The notes under the pieces are model-generated. The model was given only the letters and a program-made list of their open reading frames with translations, was not told the DNA's origin and did not search any database. The translations under genes were made by a program, and so were the position numbers. This document shows positions 31,653 to 41,333 of a stretch of DNA of 64,000 bases, piece by piece. The stretch comes from Gammaproteobacteria bacterium (lineage in GTDB: Bacteria > Pseudomonadota > Gammaproteobacteria > G965277405), in contig OZ255726.1 of NCBI GenBank assembly GCA_965277405.1, positions 704,001 through 768,000 of the forward strand. The letters are read 5' to 3'. Position 1 is the stretch's first letter, and the number at the start of each line of letters is the position of its first letter.

Positions 31653-32183
31653 CTAGCGTTTATCTTCAATTTCAAGTTCATATGGCGAAATAGCAAAGTC
31701 TTCGCCGGCGGAGGAAATGCTGACGCCCTGGATTTGGGTGGCAACGTTTTTTTCCTTCAATAGTGCCTCCCGGTCAATTTCTTCAGAGATACGGACAAAA
31801 CGCGTTAACCCCAGCCCCTTTAACGCGGCAATAACCTTGTCCTTGCCACGCACCCCCACTTTTGGGGGTCGCGTCCGCCAGTTAAACTCGCCGGTGGTCA
31901 GCTTCACGGTTTTTATTTTGCCCCGCTGGGTCAATTCTTCCCGATTGGTCTCAGCCCATGCTTGCACCGCCGCGATAATTTCAGACACCTCGCCTTTGAG
32001 CGGCAGTGCTCGCTCCTCAAAGGCCTGCTTGAGCTCAGCCACTTTGTCATTCATGGCGTGTTCAATCCGTAAAATAGCGCGGCGCTTCTCGCCTAATGCT
32101 TTGATAAAATCAGCCGCATCTTCGGCATGTTGTGCGGCTTGGTAGTTGTGCTGGCGCAGTGCGCCTTTTACTCGGGTATTCAT
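31653..32183 (-). CDS. gam: Mu Gam-like host-nuclease inhibitor
   Basis: Coiled coil, WAETNREEL, KTVKLTTGEFNWR..PP, EEIDREALL. Confidence 0.9.
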   Translation of the reverse strand: MNTRVKGALRQHNYQAAQHAEDAADFIKALGEKRRAILRIEHAMNDKVAELKQAFEERALPLKGEVSEIIAAVQAWAETNREELTQRGKIKTVKLTTGEFNWRTRPPKVGVRGKDKVIAALKGLGLTRFVRISEEIDREALLKEKNVATQIQGVSISSAGEDFAISPYELEIEDKR

Positions 32184-32500
32184 ATACTTGGTCCTTGGTT
32201 GCTGGTGGTGATTGATGTTGATTTCATGTTGTAAAATAGTTTTTCATGCTGCTTGGCAGAATGATAGATTGCACTACGCAATGCTTTGTCTCGCCGGAAT
32301 TGATGTATGCGAGCAAGCCGCTGCGCTGCTGTCATTCCTGGAGCAACACGAATATCAGTTGCGCCCTGGTGGTTCTTATCGCGCGATGGCGAACACGGCA
32401 GGTAATCTTTTTGAAGACCTTTGCCATGTGCAGATTCCACCTTGGCCAGAGGCATTTGCGGCCGTTTGTCCGTCTCCATTTCATGAATAATTGCACTCAT
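32180..32500 (-). CDS. Hypothetical phage early protein
   Basis: 106 aa, 4-nt overlaps with neighbours on both sides. Confidence 0.55.
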   Translation of the reverse strand: MSAIIHEMETDKRPQMPLAKVESAHGKGLQKDYLPCSPSRDKNHQGATDIRVAPGMTAAQRLARIHQFRRDKALRSAIYHSAKQHEKLFYNMKSTSITTSNQGPSI

Positions 32501-32670
32501 TGCGTCGCTCCTCGGTTTAAACAGGCTTGGATGCGCTCGTGCTTGGCATCCGCGCTCAAAGCCATAAATTGAAAAAAGGTGATTTGCAGCCGTTTATGCA
32601 GGTGGTATTGGCAAAAAATATTGCCCCAGGCTTTCAGCTCAATATCGTGGTACGTGGTGTTACTAGTCAT
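32497..32670 (-). CDS. Small hypothetical phage early protein (57 aa, not in ORF track)
   Basis: GGAG RBS, MTSNTTYHDIELKAWGNIF...GATQ*, ATGA overlap with next gene. Confidence 0.6.
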   Translation of the reverse strand: MTSNTTYHDIELKAWGNIFCQYHLHKRLQITFFQFMALSADAKHERIQACLNRGATQ

Positions 32671-32679
32671 AGCTATCTC

Positions 32680-33870
32680 CTAATCCAAAATTACAGTGTT
32701 CGAGGCCATCGCGATGTGCTGTGCAGATACATCCACACCATCATTGGCGGCAAAGCGCAGTGCTTTGCGAAACATGCTCACCGAGCGGCGAATATCGTCG
32801 GTAAAGCGCTTAATTTCGTTGCCGAATCCACCGAATAACGCCTTGCGGTCAGCGGCCGTTAACCCAATCATTTCGTGCTTGTTGCAAATCCGTGAATACA
32901 TGGAATAATAATTGCTCTGGTCATACAGCCCATACACCACGGCGTTGCTATAATTATCGGCAATCCCCACAATCTTCATCCGTACCAGCTGGTAATCCTC
33001 ACTCGCCGCGCGGGTAAAATAATCACGATAGCCTTCATTCTTACTGGTCTTGATGATTGGCACCTTCACCATCACATCAGCAACTGTCGCGTCCATTTCC
33101 CATTGCTGATTCGGATATTCCCACTCTCTGCCAATACTCGGCTCAGCATACGTAAAGGCATCCATGCCAATCGCCAAAAACTTAGCAATATGCGGGTCAT
33201 CGCGTTTTAACCGCTCCACCGCCCGTACAAAAGTAACATAATGAATATCAGCGCTGGGGTTGCGTAAATCCAGCGCCAGCCCATTATCCTGCGCATACAG
33301 ATAACAGTAATTAAAAAATAGCGAGGTGTAATGCAGCGTACCACCAGCAAACACCACCCGCTTCAGCAACTCAATATCCACCTTGGCATCCTTGCCGCCG
33401 CGTTTATCCTCCAGCGCCGCAATCCCACCATCCCGATACGCCTTATCCCACCGTCGCATCTTCGTTTCCAAGCTCGATTCTTTTTCAGCAAATACCTGAT
33501 GCTTACAAATCAAACCCTTGGCAATATGCCCATACGCCAACTTAGAGGTTTTGCAAAAAGTTATCACCGCCAATTTTTCCGCAGCACTCGGCCGCTTAAA
33601 ATCAGCAATCAGCGGCAGCTGCGCCGGGTTCAGCACTACCGCTGCCGGCACCCGCCGCCGCGGCTTCGCTCCCGCCTTGGGCAAATCGATAGCGCTGTAG
33701 ACATAAGACTTGCCACACGTTGCGCGGGTTGAAATAAGCTCAAATCGAAACCGCTTACCGTGGTAGGACATTACTTTCAATCCTTTAATGTTTGCATCTT
33801 TAGTAATGCGGCGGACATGACGTTCACTCAGCCTTAAATGCTCACACAGTTGTAGGCTGCTCAACATCAT
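32680..33870 (-). pseudogene. In-frame fusion of Mu transposase A N-terminal part and MuB C-terminus
   Basis: N-terminal HTH, RRWDKAYRDGGIAALEDKRG, PNQQWEMDAT (first DDE Asp); after ~32900 YSRICNKHEMIGL...ASNTVILD resembles the MuB end. Confidence 0.75.
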
Positions 33871-33875
33871 GCATT

Positions 33876-34193
33876 GTGCTAACCAACAAAGGCTTATACG
33901 CTAAAGACCTTTCACTAATTCGCGTCCACGGCGATTCTATGGTACCCATGCTGCAAGACAAAGACCTGATTATGCTCGATACCAGCAAAACCATCCCCAC
34001 CGCCGCCATGCCGTTTGTGGTGCGGGTGGACGACGTGCTCTACGTCAAGCTGCTGGCTAAAATGAACAAAAAATGCGTTCGCCTCATGAGCGCCAATAAA
34101 TTCTATAGTGATATCGAAATCGACCTCAGCGACCCAGCAAGCGGCTTTGCAGTAATCGGCGCCGTCGTCTGGCACGCCCATTCATATATTTAA
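33876..34193 (+). pseudogene. C-terminal S24 peptidase domain of a CI-like repressor (HTH deleted)
   Basis: VHGDSMVPML.D.D, LYVKLL, LMSANKFY, VIGAVVW; only 5 bp from the MuA start. Confidence 0.8.
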
Positions 34194-34515
34194 CAACACA
34201 CAACATCAGCCAACCAAGCAATCCGCAGTATTGAGCAATACTGTCAACGCAATCACCTCCACAGCTTAAGCACGCGCCAACCAAAGCGTTTAATTCGTTT
34301 AATAGCCGTTTAATTAGCCAAGTTGACCTTGCAAACTTAATTTTGCCATCAACTCAAAACAACCCTGCAATGTCTTTAATATGTCGTTGGTCGCTCCTTG
34401 TATGCCCCGATAATATATAACTCGTTGTTTTATCAAGATAAATACATGTCCTTGGTATGTCCTTAGGTCTGTTTTAGCTCCAATTTCACCCAAAAACAAC
34501 AAAAAACTATCGATA

Positions 34516-34593
34516 AATCAACGAGTTACATATCGAAAAAATAAGGGGCATTTCAAACGCAAATATTCCGTACATTTCAAACGCAGATTAACA
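34516..34593 (-). promoter_or_regulatory. Candidate Mu-like left end with transposase-binding repeats and IHF site
   Basis: CATTTCAAACGCA direct repeat at 34549-34561 and 34573-34585, terminal ACA at 34591-34593 (5'-TGT on minus), AATCAA-N4-TTA at 34516-34528. Confidence 0.65.
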
Positions 34594-34911
34594 AATCTTG
34601 TATATAAAACGCATGTTTAGATATAGCAAAGTACGCTACATTCTGTATACAAACTTAGCAAATAATACCAACCGACTATACATGCTTGCAGGACTTACAA
34701 ATCTTGTGCGCAGTCACAAGTATTTGCCGCAACCACACGGTTAGTGCGTCCAAAGCATAGTAAATTCAGCAAAAACGGATAAAAAACAAGAAAAAATGAA
34801 CAAAAATAGCTTTTCGGCTTTTGAGTTTAATGTTTTTGAGCATTGCTGCGTCGAGAAAATCAAATGTGGTGAATTGTTCAGGGCTTCTCTAAGCCGTTGT
34901 AAGTTACTCAT

Positions 34912-34943
34912 TCTCGCCCATCATGGGCTTATTCCAAGCTTCA
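34912..34943. mobile_element. Degenerate MITE right end overlapping the phoR stop codon
   Basis: 27/32 identical to the right end of the 23601 copy. Confidence 0.7.
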
Positions 34944-36249
34944 TAACACCTGATACCAGCCGCTTGGGAGGAAAGACACAGCGAAAAGTGCTGCCTTCTC
35001 CAACAGTACTGGTAATTTCCAGCGTAGCAGAATGATTGTGTAATACGTGCTTAACAATTGAAAGTCCAAGACCTGTGCCATGATGCGCATGCGTTGCATC
35101 TCCGCGAAAAAAACGCTCGGTTAAGCGAGGAATAATGTGTGCAGGTATCCCATTGCCGTTATCTGCAACATCAAAATAGCCATGTTGATGTTGCAGATAC
35201 CAACGTACAGTAATCGTTGCAGTTGTGGGAGTATGGGAAATGGCGTTATTGATCAAATTCGTAGCCATGCTAATAATGTGAGATACATTGCCTTGTAGGT
35301 CGATGTTATTGTCGCAAAAAAAGTGCAAATCACGACTTGGAAACGCAGTCCTCATATCATCTATAATGCTGCGCAACACATTGCACATGTTGATTTTTTT
35401 GCGCTCCTGTGCTGACTGGTGTTCGATACTTACTAGGGACAGCATGTCTTTCACCAGCCGTTCCATCCGCAAGGTCTGGGTGTGAATACGCTGAATTGGC
35501 ATGCTATGCGGGGCATCTTGTTGGATGCTTTGGCTAATCAGCTCAACGTATCCTTTGATAATAGTAAGCGGAGTGTTGAGTTCATGCGAAATATTAGCAA
35601 TAAAACGTCTGCGTAGCATGTCAGTGTTGCGTTGCTGAGACATATTTTGAAACAAAAAAATTTGCTGATCACCTTGCAAAAACAGCCTACGCACTAAAAA
35701 AAAGGTGTTGCTCCGATTCAGGTGGAGTGTCCTTTTTTTCTGGTTGCTTTCTATAAATGCAATAAAGTTGGGCGCGCGCAGCAGATGGTTAAGTCGATAG
35801 CCAATAACTTTTTTATGTAACTGGGTATACCGTTTGGCGGTGTTATTCAACAGCTCGATGGTTAAATCGCGGCGAGTAACGATCAAACCATCAGGGAGTG
35901 CGTTAATAATCGCACGATAATTGTGCGCAATTGTTGATACGCGCTGTCGATGACGATTAAATTTCTCTCCCTTTTTCACTTGGCGCTGCCAAATTAAATA
36001 AAATACACCAGACACATTGTCAGGTGATTTTGCTGTATTAGTCGCTGTAGCAAGGATAGCTGCTTGATAGATATACCAACAAATTATTCCAATTAAGCAC
36101 AACAGTATTGCGAGGACTACCGCATTAAAAATCAGCCCGGCAGTTACTGCTACTGCAACGATTATCAAGCAACGATAGGCTTCGTTTAAACAGAGTAGAT
36201 GGTGTTTTTTTAAACTAAATGAATATTTCACAGCATAGGGTTTTACCAA
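34921..36249 (-). CDS. phoR: PhoR-like sensor histidine kinase (start uncertain)
   Basis: N-terminal TM, PAS-like region, FIANISHELNTPLT, NLINNAI, DNGNGI..HIIPRLTERFFR, GTGLGL. Confidence 0.8.
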   Translation of the reverse strand: MVKPYAVKYSFSLKKHHLLCLNEAYRCLIIVAVAVTAGLIFNAVVLAILLCLIGIICWYIYQAAILATATNTAKSPDNVSGVFYLIWQRQVKKGEKFNRHRQRVSTIAHNYRAIINALPDGLIVTRRDLTIELLNNTAKRYTQLHKKVIGYRLNHLLRAPNFIAFIESNQKKRTLHLNRSNTFFLVRRLFLQGDQQIFLFQNMSQQRNTDMLRRRFIANISHELNTPLTIIKGYVELISQSIQQDAPHSMPIQRIHTQTLRMERLVKDMLSLVSIEHQSAQERKKINMCNVLRSIIDDMRTAFPSRDLHFFCDNNIDLQGNVSHIISMATNLINNAISHTPTTATITVRWYLQHQHGYFDVADNGNGIPAHIIPRLTERFFRGDATHAHHGTGLGLSIVKHVLHNHSATLEITSTVGEGSTFRCVFPPKRLVSGVMKLGISP

Positions 36250-36333
36250 TTGTCGAGTTTTATGAGCGGCACTTGTATTTGTTTTGCCTAATGATAGGTA
36301 TAATTTTGCTTTTTACGTTCATGGAGAAGAGTA

Positions 36334-36573
36334 ATGGGTGAATATTGGAAAGCTAACCTGCGGCTGATAAGGCTCTGCCTGATCATTTGGTTCGTCGTAT
36401 CGTATTTATTTGGGATCATATTAGTTGATCAATTAAATGCTATCACAATCGGCGGGTATAAATTAGGGTTTTGGTTTGCCCAGCAAGGGTCAATTTATGT
36501 GTTTGTTGCGTTGATTTTTTTCTATTCGTCAAGAATGAGCAGCCTTGACATCGAACATGGCGTTGAGGACTAA
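36334..36573 (+). CDS. DUF4212 small membrane subunit of a solute:sodium symporter
   Basis: YWKANL, LGFWFAQQGSI; precedes the SSS gene. Confidence 0.9.
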   Translation: MGEYWKANLRLIRLCLIIWFVVSYLFGIILVDQLNAITIGGYKLGFWFAQQGSIYVFVALIFFYSSRMSSLDIEHGVED

Positions 36574-36585
36574 ACAGGAAACATT

Positions 36586-38349
36586 ATGGATTTAAAGACA
36601 TATACATATATTTTTGTAGGTGGCTCGTTTGCCTTGTATATTGCAATTGCATGGGTGGCGCGCGCATCAAATACTAGTGAATTTTACGTTGCTGGTAAAA
36701 GCATCCATCCTATTGCTAATGGAATGGCAACAGCAGCTGACTGGATGTCGGCTGCATCATTTATCAGCATGGCTGGGTTGATTGCATTTCTGGGGTACGG
36801 TGGCTCTGTATTTTTGATGGGGTGGACTGGTGGGTATGTGCTGTTGGCGTGTATGCTTGCACCATATTTAAGAAAGTTTGGCAAGTTCACTGTCCCTGAG
36901 TTTGTTGGTGAACGCTATTATTCAAAGACAGCTAGAATTGTTGCGGTAATTTGCTTGCTAGTGGCTTCTATTACCTACGTGATTGGGCAGATGAAAGGTA
37001 TTGGTGTTGCATTTTCAAGATTTCTTGAAGTTGACTTTTCTATAGGTCTGTTTGTTGGCATGGTTGTTGTATGGTTTTATGTGGTAGTTGGTGGCATGAA
37101 AGGAATTACCTATACACAAATTGCCCAATATTGTGTGTTGATATTTGCTTACACTGTACCTGCTGTGTTTATCTCACTCCAGCTAACAGGTAACCCCATA
37201 CCACAACTTGGCTTAGGCAGCACAATGGCAGACGGTAGCGGTATGTATCTATTGGATAAGCTAGATATGGTGGTAACCGACCTTGGCTTTAAAGAATATA
37301 CAACAGCCGACTTCGGCAGTCGGGTAAATATGTTCTTTTATACTTTGTCATTGATGATTGGTACTGCTGGTTTGCCACATGTTATTGTTCGGTTTTTTAC
37401 TGTTCCTCGTGTCCGTGATGCCCGCACATCAGCTGGCTGGGCGTTGGTGTTTATCGCGTTGTTGTATACAACAGCTCCTGCAGTTGGAGCAATGGCACGA
37501 TTAAACTTGATCAACACGATCCAACCTGGGGAAATCGGCTCGCCGACAGGTAACCTTGTTATTAGCGAGCGTCCAAGTTGGTTTATAAACTGGCACAAAA
37601 CTGGCTTGTTGCAGTTTGAAGATAAAAATGGTGATGGTCGCATCCAATATTATGGTGATGCAGACCCTACGTTTGCTGCAAAAGCAGAGTCCTACGGTTG
37701 GAAAGGTAACGAAATGACCAAAGTTGACCGAGACATTATGGTGCTGGCAAATCCAGAAATTGCGCAGTTACCGTTTTGGGTGATTGCCTTGGTTGCAGCT
37801 GGTGGCATAGCTGCTGCGCTGTCGACAGCGGCGGGTTTGTTGTTGGCAATTTCATCTGCTATCTCACATGATTTGGTAAAAGGTATTTTCATGCCGAATA
37901 TTTCAGACCGTGCTGAGCTTCGAGCAGGGCGAATTGCGATGACGGGTGCGGTGTTACTTGCTGGCTATCTTGGGCTAAATCCGCCAGGATTTGCTGCGGG
38001 GACTGTGGCAATAGCGTTTGGTCTTGCCGCTTCATCGTTGTTTCCTGCCATCATGATGGGAATATTTTTCAAGCGCATCAATCGTCAAGGTGCTATCGCA
38101 GGGATGATTGCAGGTCTTGGGATTACCATGATGTATACATTCCAACATCATGGGATTATGTATATCAAGGGTACAGAGTTCTTATTTGGTTTAGACAAGC
38201 ACTGGTTTTTTGGGATTTCAACCGCAGCATTTGGGTCTATTGGGGCAATTGTTAATTTTGCCGTGGCATTTGCAGTTTCAGCAGTTACAGAAGAAACACC
38301 GCAAGAAATCCAACAGTTGGTTGATAACATTCGCATGCCAAATGGATAG
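36586..38349 (+). CDS. Sodium:solute symporter, ActP-like
   Basis: NGMATAADWMSAASFIS, GTAGLPHVIVRFFTVP, AAALSTAAGLLL. Confidence 0.92.
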   Translation: MDLKTYTYIFVGGSFALYIAIAWVARASNTSEFYVAGKSIHPIANGMATAADWMSAASFISMAGLIAFLGYGGSVFLMGWTGGYVLLACMLAPYLRKFGKFTVPEFVGERYYSKTARIVAVICLLVASITYVIGQMKGIGVAFSRFLEVDFSIGLFVGMVVVWFYVVVGGMKGITYTQIAQYCVLIFAYTVPAVFISLQLTGNPIPQLGLGSTMADGSGMYLLDKLDMVVTDLGFKEYTTADFGSRVNMFFYTLSLMIGTAGLPHVIVRFFTVPRVRDARTSAGWALVFIALLYTTAPAVGAMARLNLINTIQPGEIGSPTGNLVISERPSWFINWHKTGLLQFEDKNGDGRIQYYGDADPTFAAKAESYGWKGNEMTKVDRDIMVLANPEIAQLPFWVIALVAAGGIAAALSTAAGLLLAISSAISHDLVKGIFMPNISDRAELRAGRIAMTGAVLLAGYLGLNPPGFAAGTVAIAFGLAASSLFPAIMMGIFFKRINRQGAIAGMIAGLGITMMYTFQHHGIMYIKGTEFLFGLDKHWFFGISTAAFGSIGAIVNFAVAFAVSAVTEETPQEIQQLVDNIRMPNG

Positions 38350-38360
38350 CAGCAATCACC

Positions 38361-38390
38361 AAAAAAATCCCCGTGGATGCGGGGGTTTTT
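38361..38390. terminator. Intrinsic terminator after the symporter
   Basis: AAAAATCCCCG..CGGGGGTTTTT stem flanked by A/T runs. Confidence 0.75.
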
Positions 38391-38397
38391 ATGGGAA

Positions 38398-38853
38398 ATG
38401 TTAAAAAACATAATACCAGCAATACGCATTCGATGGGGTCAACTTGGCAGCCACAAGTGGATTGCCATCGTGTTATTCCCGTTCTTCCTCGCCTGTGGTT
38501 ATTTATTTGCTGGAATGTATTTAGTAGACAAACCAACTACAGCGGTAACGTTTGAATTGCAGCAGGAGTCTGACTGTGATTTGGTTACAACACCATGCTT
38601 TATGATTGCCAATACCCTGCGGGTCAAAATTGGCTTTGAACCAAATATTGGCATATATGCGGTTGCAGCCACCCCAATGCAGCTAGTTGTTTTGAACATT
38701 GACGGGACGCCAGTGGTATTGCAACAAGCAGACACTACAGGTAATCGTTGGGGATATCCGCGTCATTCAGCGATTGGCATAACCCACATCCAGGTGGCAA
38801 TGCTGCGTACATCAGCGGAGTTTTTTGGTGGATTGATTATCAGCCCGCAATAA
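38398..38853 (+). CDS. Hypothetical membrane-anchored protein
   Basis: TM segment then CDLVTTPC; likely start at 38398 after the terminator. Confidence 0.55.
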   Translation: MLKNIIPAIRIRWGQLGSHKWIAIVLFPFFLACGYLFAGMYLVDKPTTAVTFELQQESDCDLVTTPCFMIANTLRVKIGFEPNIGIYAVAATPMQLVVLNIDGTPVVLQQADTTGNRWGYPRHSAIGITHIQVAMLRTSAEFFGGLIISPQ

Positions 38854-39835
38854 CCCAGCTCTCGGACACTGCTATTGGGGTTGGTAAATGTGCATACACG
38901 CATTCGCCAAGTCGGTATTGCTGTGTTTGCGGCGCTACTGTAAAAAAATGATCGATCGAGCATTGATGGTTGCGGCTTTGCGACTGTAATCGCAAATAAT
39001 TATTGTTGATTTGCATAATTTTACACGGGAGCACTTGCCAATACAGCGTCGTATCCTGCGGGGAATGTTTAATTATGATCGCGGCTGCAGGGATGAGCAA
39101 CCGAACTTTGGCTAGGCTATTTTCTTGAATTATACCTGTATCTATTGTGGGGTATGCGGATCTGGCAGCGCAAATAATAATATTATGCTGTTCGTGGTGT
39201 AATGCTTGGTATAAAAAAATATTTTCCTCCATAGCAACAATGCTAGGATGCTGCTGCTCGAGCTCAATTCTATGCGATGCAAAACTATATACATCAAAGC
39301 AACTGTGTGCAGAAAACACACAAGTCTTATCCCATTTTTGCAGCAAATATTTGAGTTGGCGAATAATGAACGGTGTATGCCAGCTATCGACAGCATGAAA
39401 TGGCTCATCGAGCAGCACTAAGTCGGCATTGGTGACTAGACTCCGTGCGATACAAACCCGTTGTTGTTCACCACCAGAGAGTTGATAGGGGAAATGGCCG
39501 CAAATATTACCAAGATTAAAGGCATCAATGACGATACCCAAGCGTTGTGCTTGATTACAAGCAATAGCAATGTTGTCTTTAACAGATAAATGCGGAAAAA
39601 GCGTTGGAGCTTGCGGCGAATATACAATACTGCGTAGTCGCGGGGGTAGCTTGTGGACATTGGCATTGTTCGCAGTAGCTATAGTATCACCATGACGCTC
39701 TAAACCGGCGATAGTGCGCATCAGCACGGTTTTTCCAGTTGCATTGCCTCCCCATACACAGGTGATACTGTTGCCAGGCAGCCTGATATCGAGTGCACCG
39801 ATAGCTGGGAGTTCCTTACAGCGAATGGTGTACAT
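38840..39835 (-). CDS. modC: Molybdate ABC transporter ATPase (divergent)
   Basis: GGNATGKT, LFPHLSV, LSGGEQQR, LLDEPF; follows modB. Confidence 0.82.
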   Translation of the reverse strand: MYTIRCKELPAIGALDIRLPGNSITCVWGGNATGKTVLMRTIAGLERHGDTIATANNANVHKLPPRLRSIVYSPQAPTLFPHLSVKDNIAIACNQAQRLGIVIDAFNLGNICGHFPYQLSGGEQQRVCIARSLVTNADLVLLDEPFHAVDSWHTPFIIRQLKYLLQKWDKTCVFSAHSCFDVYSFASHRIELEQQHPSIVAMEENIFLYQALHHEQHNIIICAARSAYPTIDTGIIQENSLAKVRLLIPAAAIIIKHSPQDTTLYWQVLPCKIMQINNNYLRLQSQSRNHQCSIDHFFTVAPQTQQYRLGECVYAHLPTPIAVSESWVIAG

Positions 39836-40502
39836 GCTTATTGCGCAAACAAAAATACACTACCGATAAGATCAGCGCTGAGATGCAAACCAACAGCAAT
39901 GCTAGTTGATGGGCGTGTTGGTAATCGAGCAATTCAACATATTCAAATAATACAATAGAAACCATTTTGGTTTGATTAGGGATACTGCCACCAATCATCA
40001 GCACGACACCGAACTCGCCAACGGTGTGGGCAAAGCTTAATAATACCGCCGCATTGATCCCAGGTCGCATCAATGGTAGCCAAATTCGGGTGCACGTCTG
40101 CCACTTTGAAACGCTTAATGACGCTGCCAGCTCAAGGTATTGCGTACCAAGATGCTGTTGCGCCGCCATTAACGGCTGCAGCGCAAAAGGCAGGGAATAC
40201 AGCACAGATGCAATAATCAAACCAGTTTTAGTAAACAGTAATTGCACTCCAAATTGTTGCAACGTTGTGCCAATAATTCCCGTAGGACTAAAAAAAATCA
40301 ATAGATAAAAACCTAATACTGTTGGTGGCAAAACAGCTGGCAAGGTTGCAATTGCTTGGAGTATTGCGACATACCAACCAGAGTGCGTATACAGCCACCA
40401 CGCCAAGGGTAAGCAAATAACACATAAAATAACAGTGCTGATCCCTGCAATTTCAAACGACAACAGCAATGCCTGCCAGTCCGATACGCTTAATAAATTC
40501 AT
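39816..40502 (-). CDS. modB: Molybdate ABC transporter permease
   Basis: LPAVLPPTVLGFYLL, YSLPF, FAHTVGEFGVVLMIGG; start MNLL at 40502. Confidence 0.95.
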   Translation of the reverse strand: MNLLSVSDWQALLLSFEIAGISTVILCVICLPLAWWLYTHSGWYVAILQAIATLPAVLPPTVLGFYLLIFFSPTGIIGTTLQQFGVQLLFTKTGLIIASVLYSLPFALQPLMAAQQHLGTQYLELAASLSVSKWQTCTRIWLPLMRPGINAAVLLSFAHTVGEFGVVLMIGGSIPNQTKMVSIVLFEYVELLDYQHAHQLALLLVCISALILSVVYFCLRNKHVHHSL

Positions 40503-41296
40503 TGGGAATATCCTGCATTGTGCAAGACATCGATTGCTGTTGCTGACTGCAAAAACAACAGAAAGCGCGCAACGGTTGTTGATGGTGTTATTACCGCAAG
40601 GCATTGCTGGATTGGATCATGCCAAGATTGAGGAATGGCAATATCCACAGCCTTGGCTATTGCAGTGGTGGGTAATCGAGCTTGACTCGCTGCAATAAAG
40701 GCCATTGGCACAGCTCCTTGCACAAACAATGCATACGTTTGGGCAATATTCATTGCGTGTATTGGCTGGGCGATAATGTTGCTAAACTGGGGCAGAACTT
40801 GAGTGCTAGCCTGCCCATATGGCGCCAATTGCGGGTTAGCTTGGGCAAAATATCGTGTTGATGACAACAGCTGCTGGATGCATGCGTGTGCCTGTTTGTC
40901 GAGGCATTGTTGCGGTGCATTTTCTCGTTGCACAATGACATACAAGCTACCAGTCGCATACACCAAGCTGCGCTGGGCGCGACCAAGTGCAACAAGTTTG
41001 CTTGGTTTGGCACAATCGGCGCTAAAAAACACATCGTATGGTGCACCTTGGCGAATTTGGTTAAACAACAACCCGCTTGAACCGATAGAGGTAGCAATTT
41101 TTGTTGCTTGATAGTGTTGCGCCAGAGTCTTGAGCGTTGTGGCAAAGTTTGCAGCCACTGCAACGCGAATGTTTTCAGTATGGCCGCTTGGTGAGAACCC
41201 CAATAAATTGCTCAAAATGAGCAATACAACAACACAAAACCGCTTGAAAAACTTATTTTCCTTATTTAAGTGTCGCGTAAATAACCGTGCATTCAT
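40499..41296 (-). CDS. modA: Molybdate-binding periplasmic protein (start uncertain)
   Basis: VAVAANF, GSSG.L..QI.QGAPYDVFFSA, ANPQLAPYG, PIQQ. Confidence 0.9.
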   Translation of the reverse strand: MNARLFTRHLNKENKFFKRFCVVVLLILSNLLGFSPSGHTENIRVAVAANFATTLKTLAQHYQATKIATSIGSSGLLFNQIRQGAPYDVFFSADCAKPSKLVALGRAQRSLVYATGSLYVIVQRENAPQQCLDKQAHACIQQLLSSTRYFAQANPQLAPYGQASTQVLPQFSNIIAQPIHAMNIAQTYALFVQGAVPMAFIAASQARLPTTAIAKAVDIAIPQSWHDPIQQCLAVITPSTTVARFLLFLQSATAIDVLHNAGYSQ

Positions 41297-41333
41297 GTTT
41301 ACCAATATAGTATAAAATTTAACGCAACATACT

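Larger units (their letters stand above)
23895..34593 (-). mobile_element. Defective Mu-like (transposable) prophage with P2-type tail genes
   Basis: Repressor fragment, MuA/MuB fusion, gam, gp16, gpF/gpG, tape measure, gpU, gpD; candidate TGT terminus at 34593; boundary at 23895 is approximate. Confidence 0.88.
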
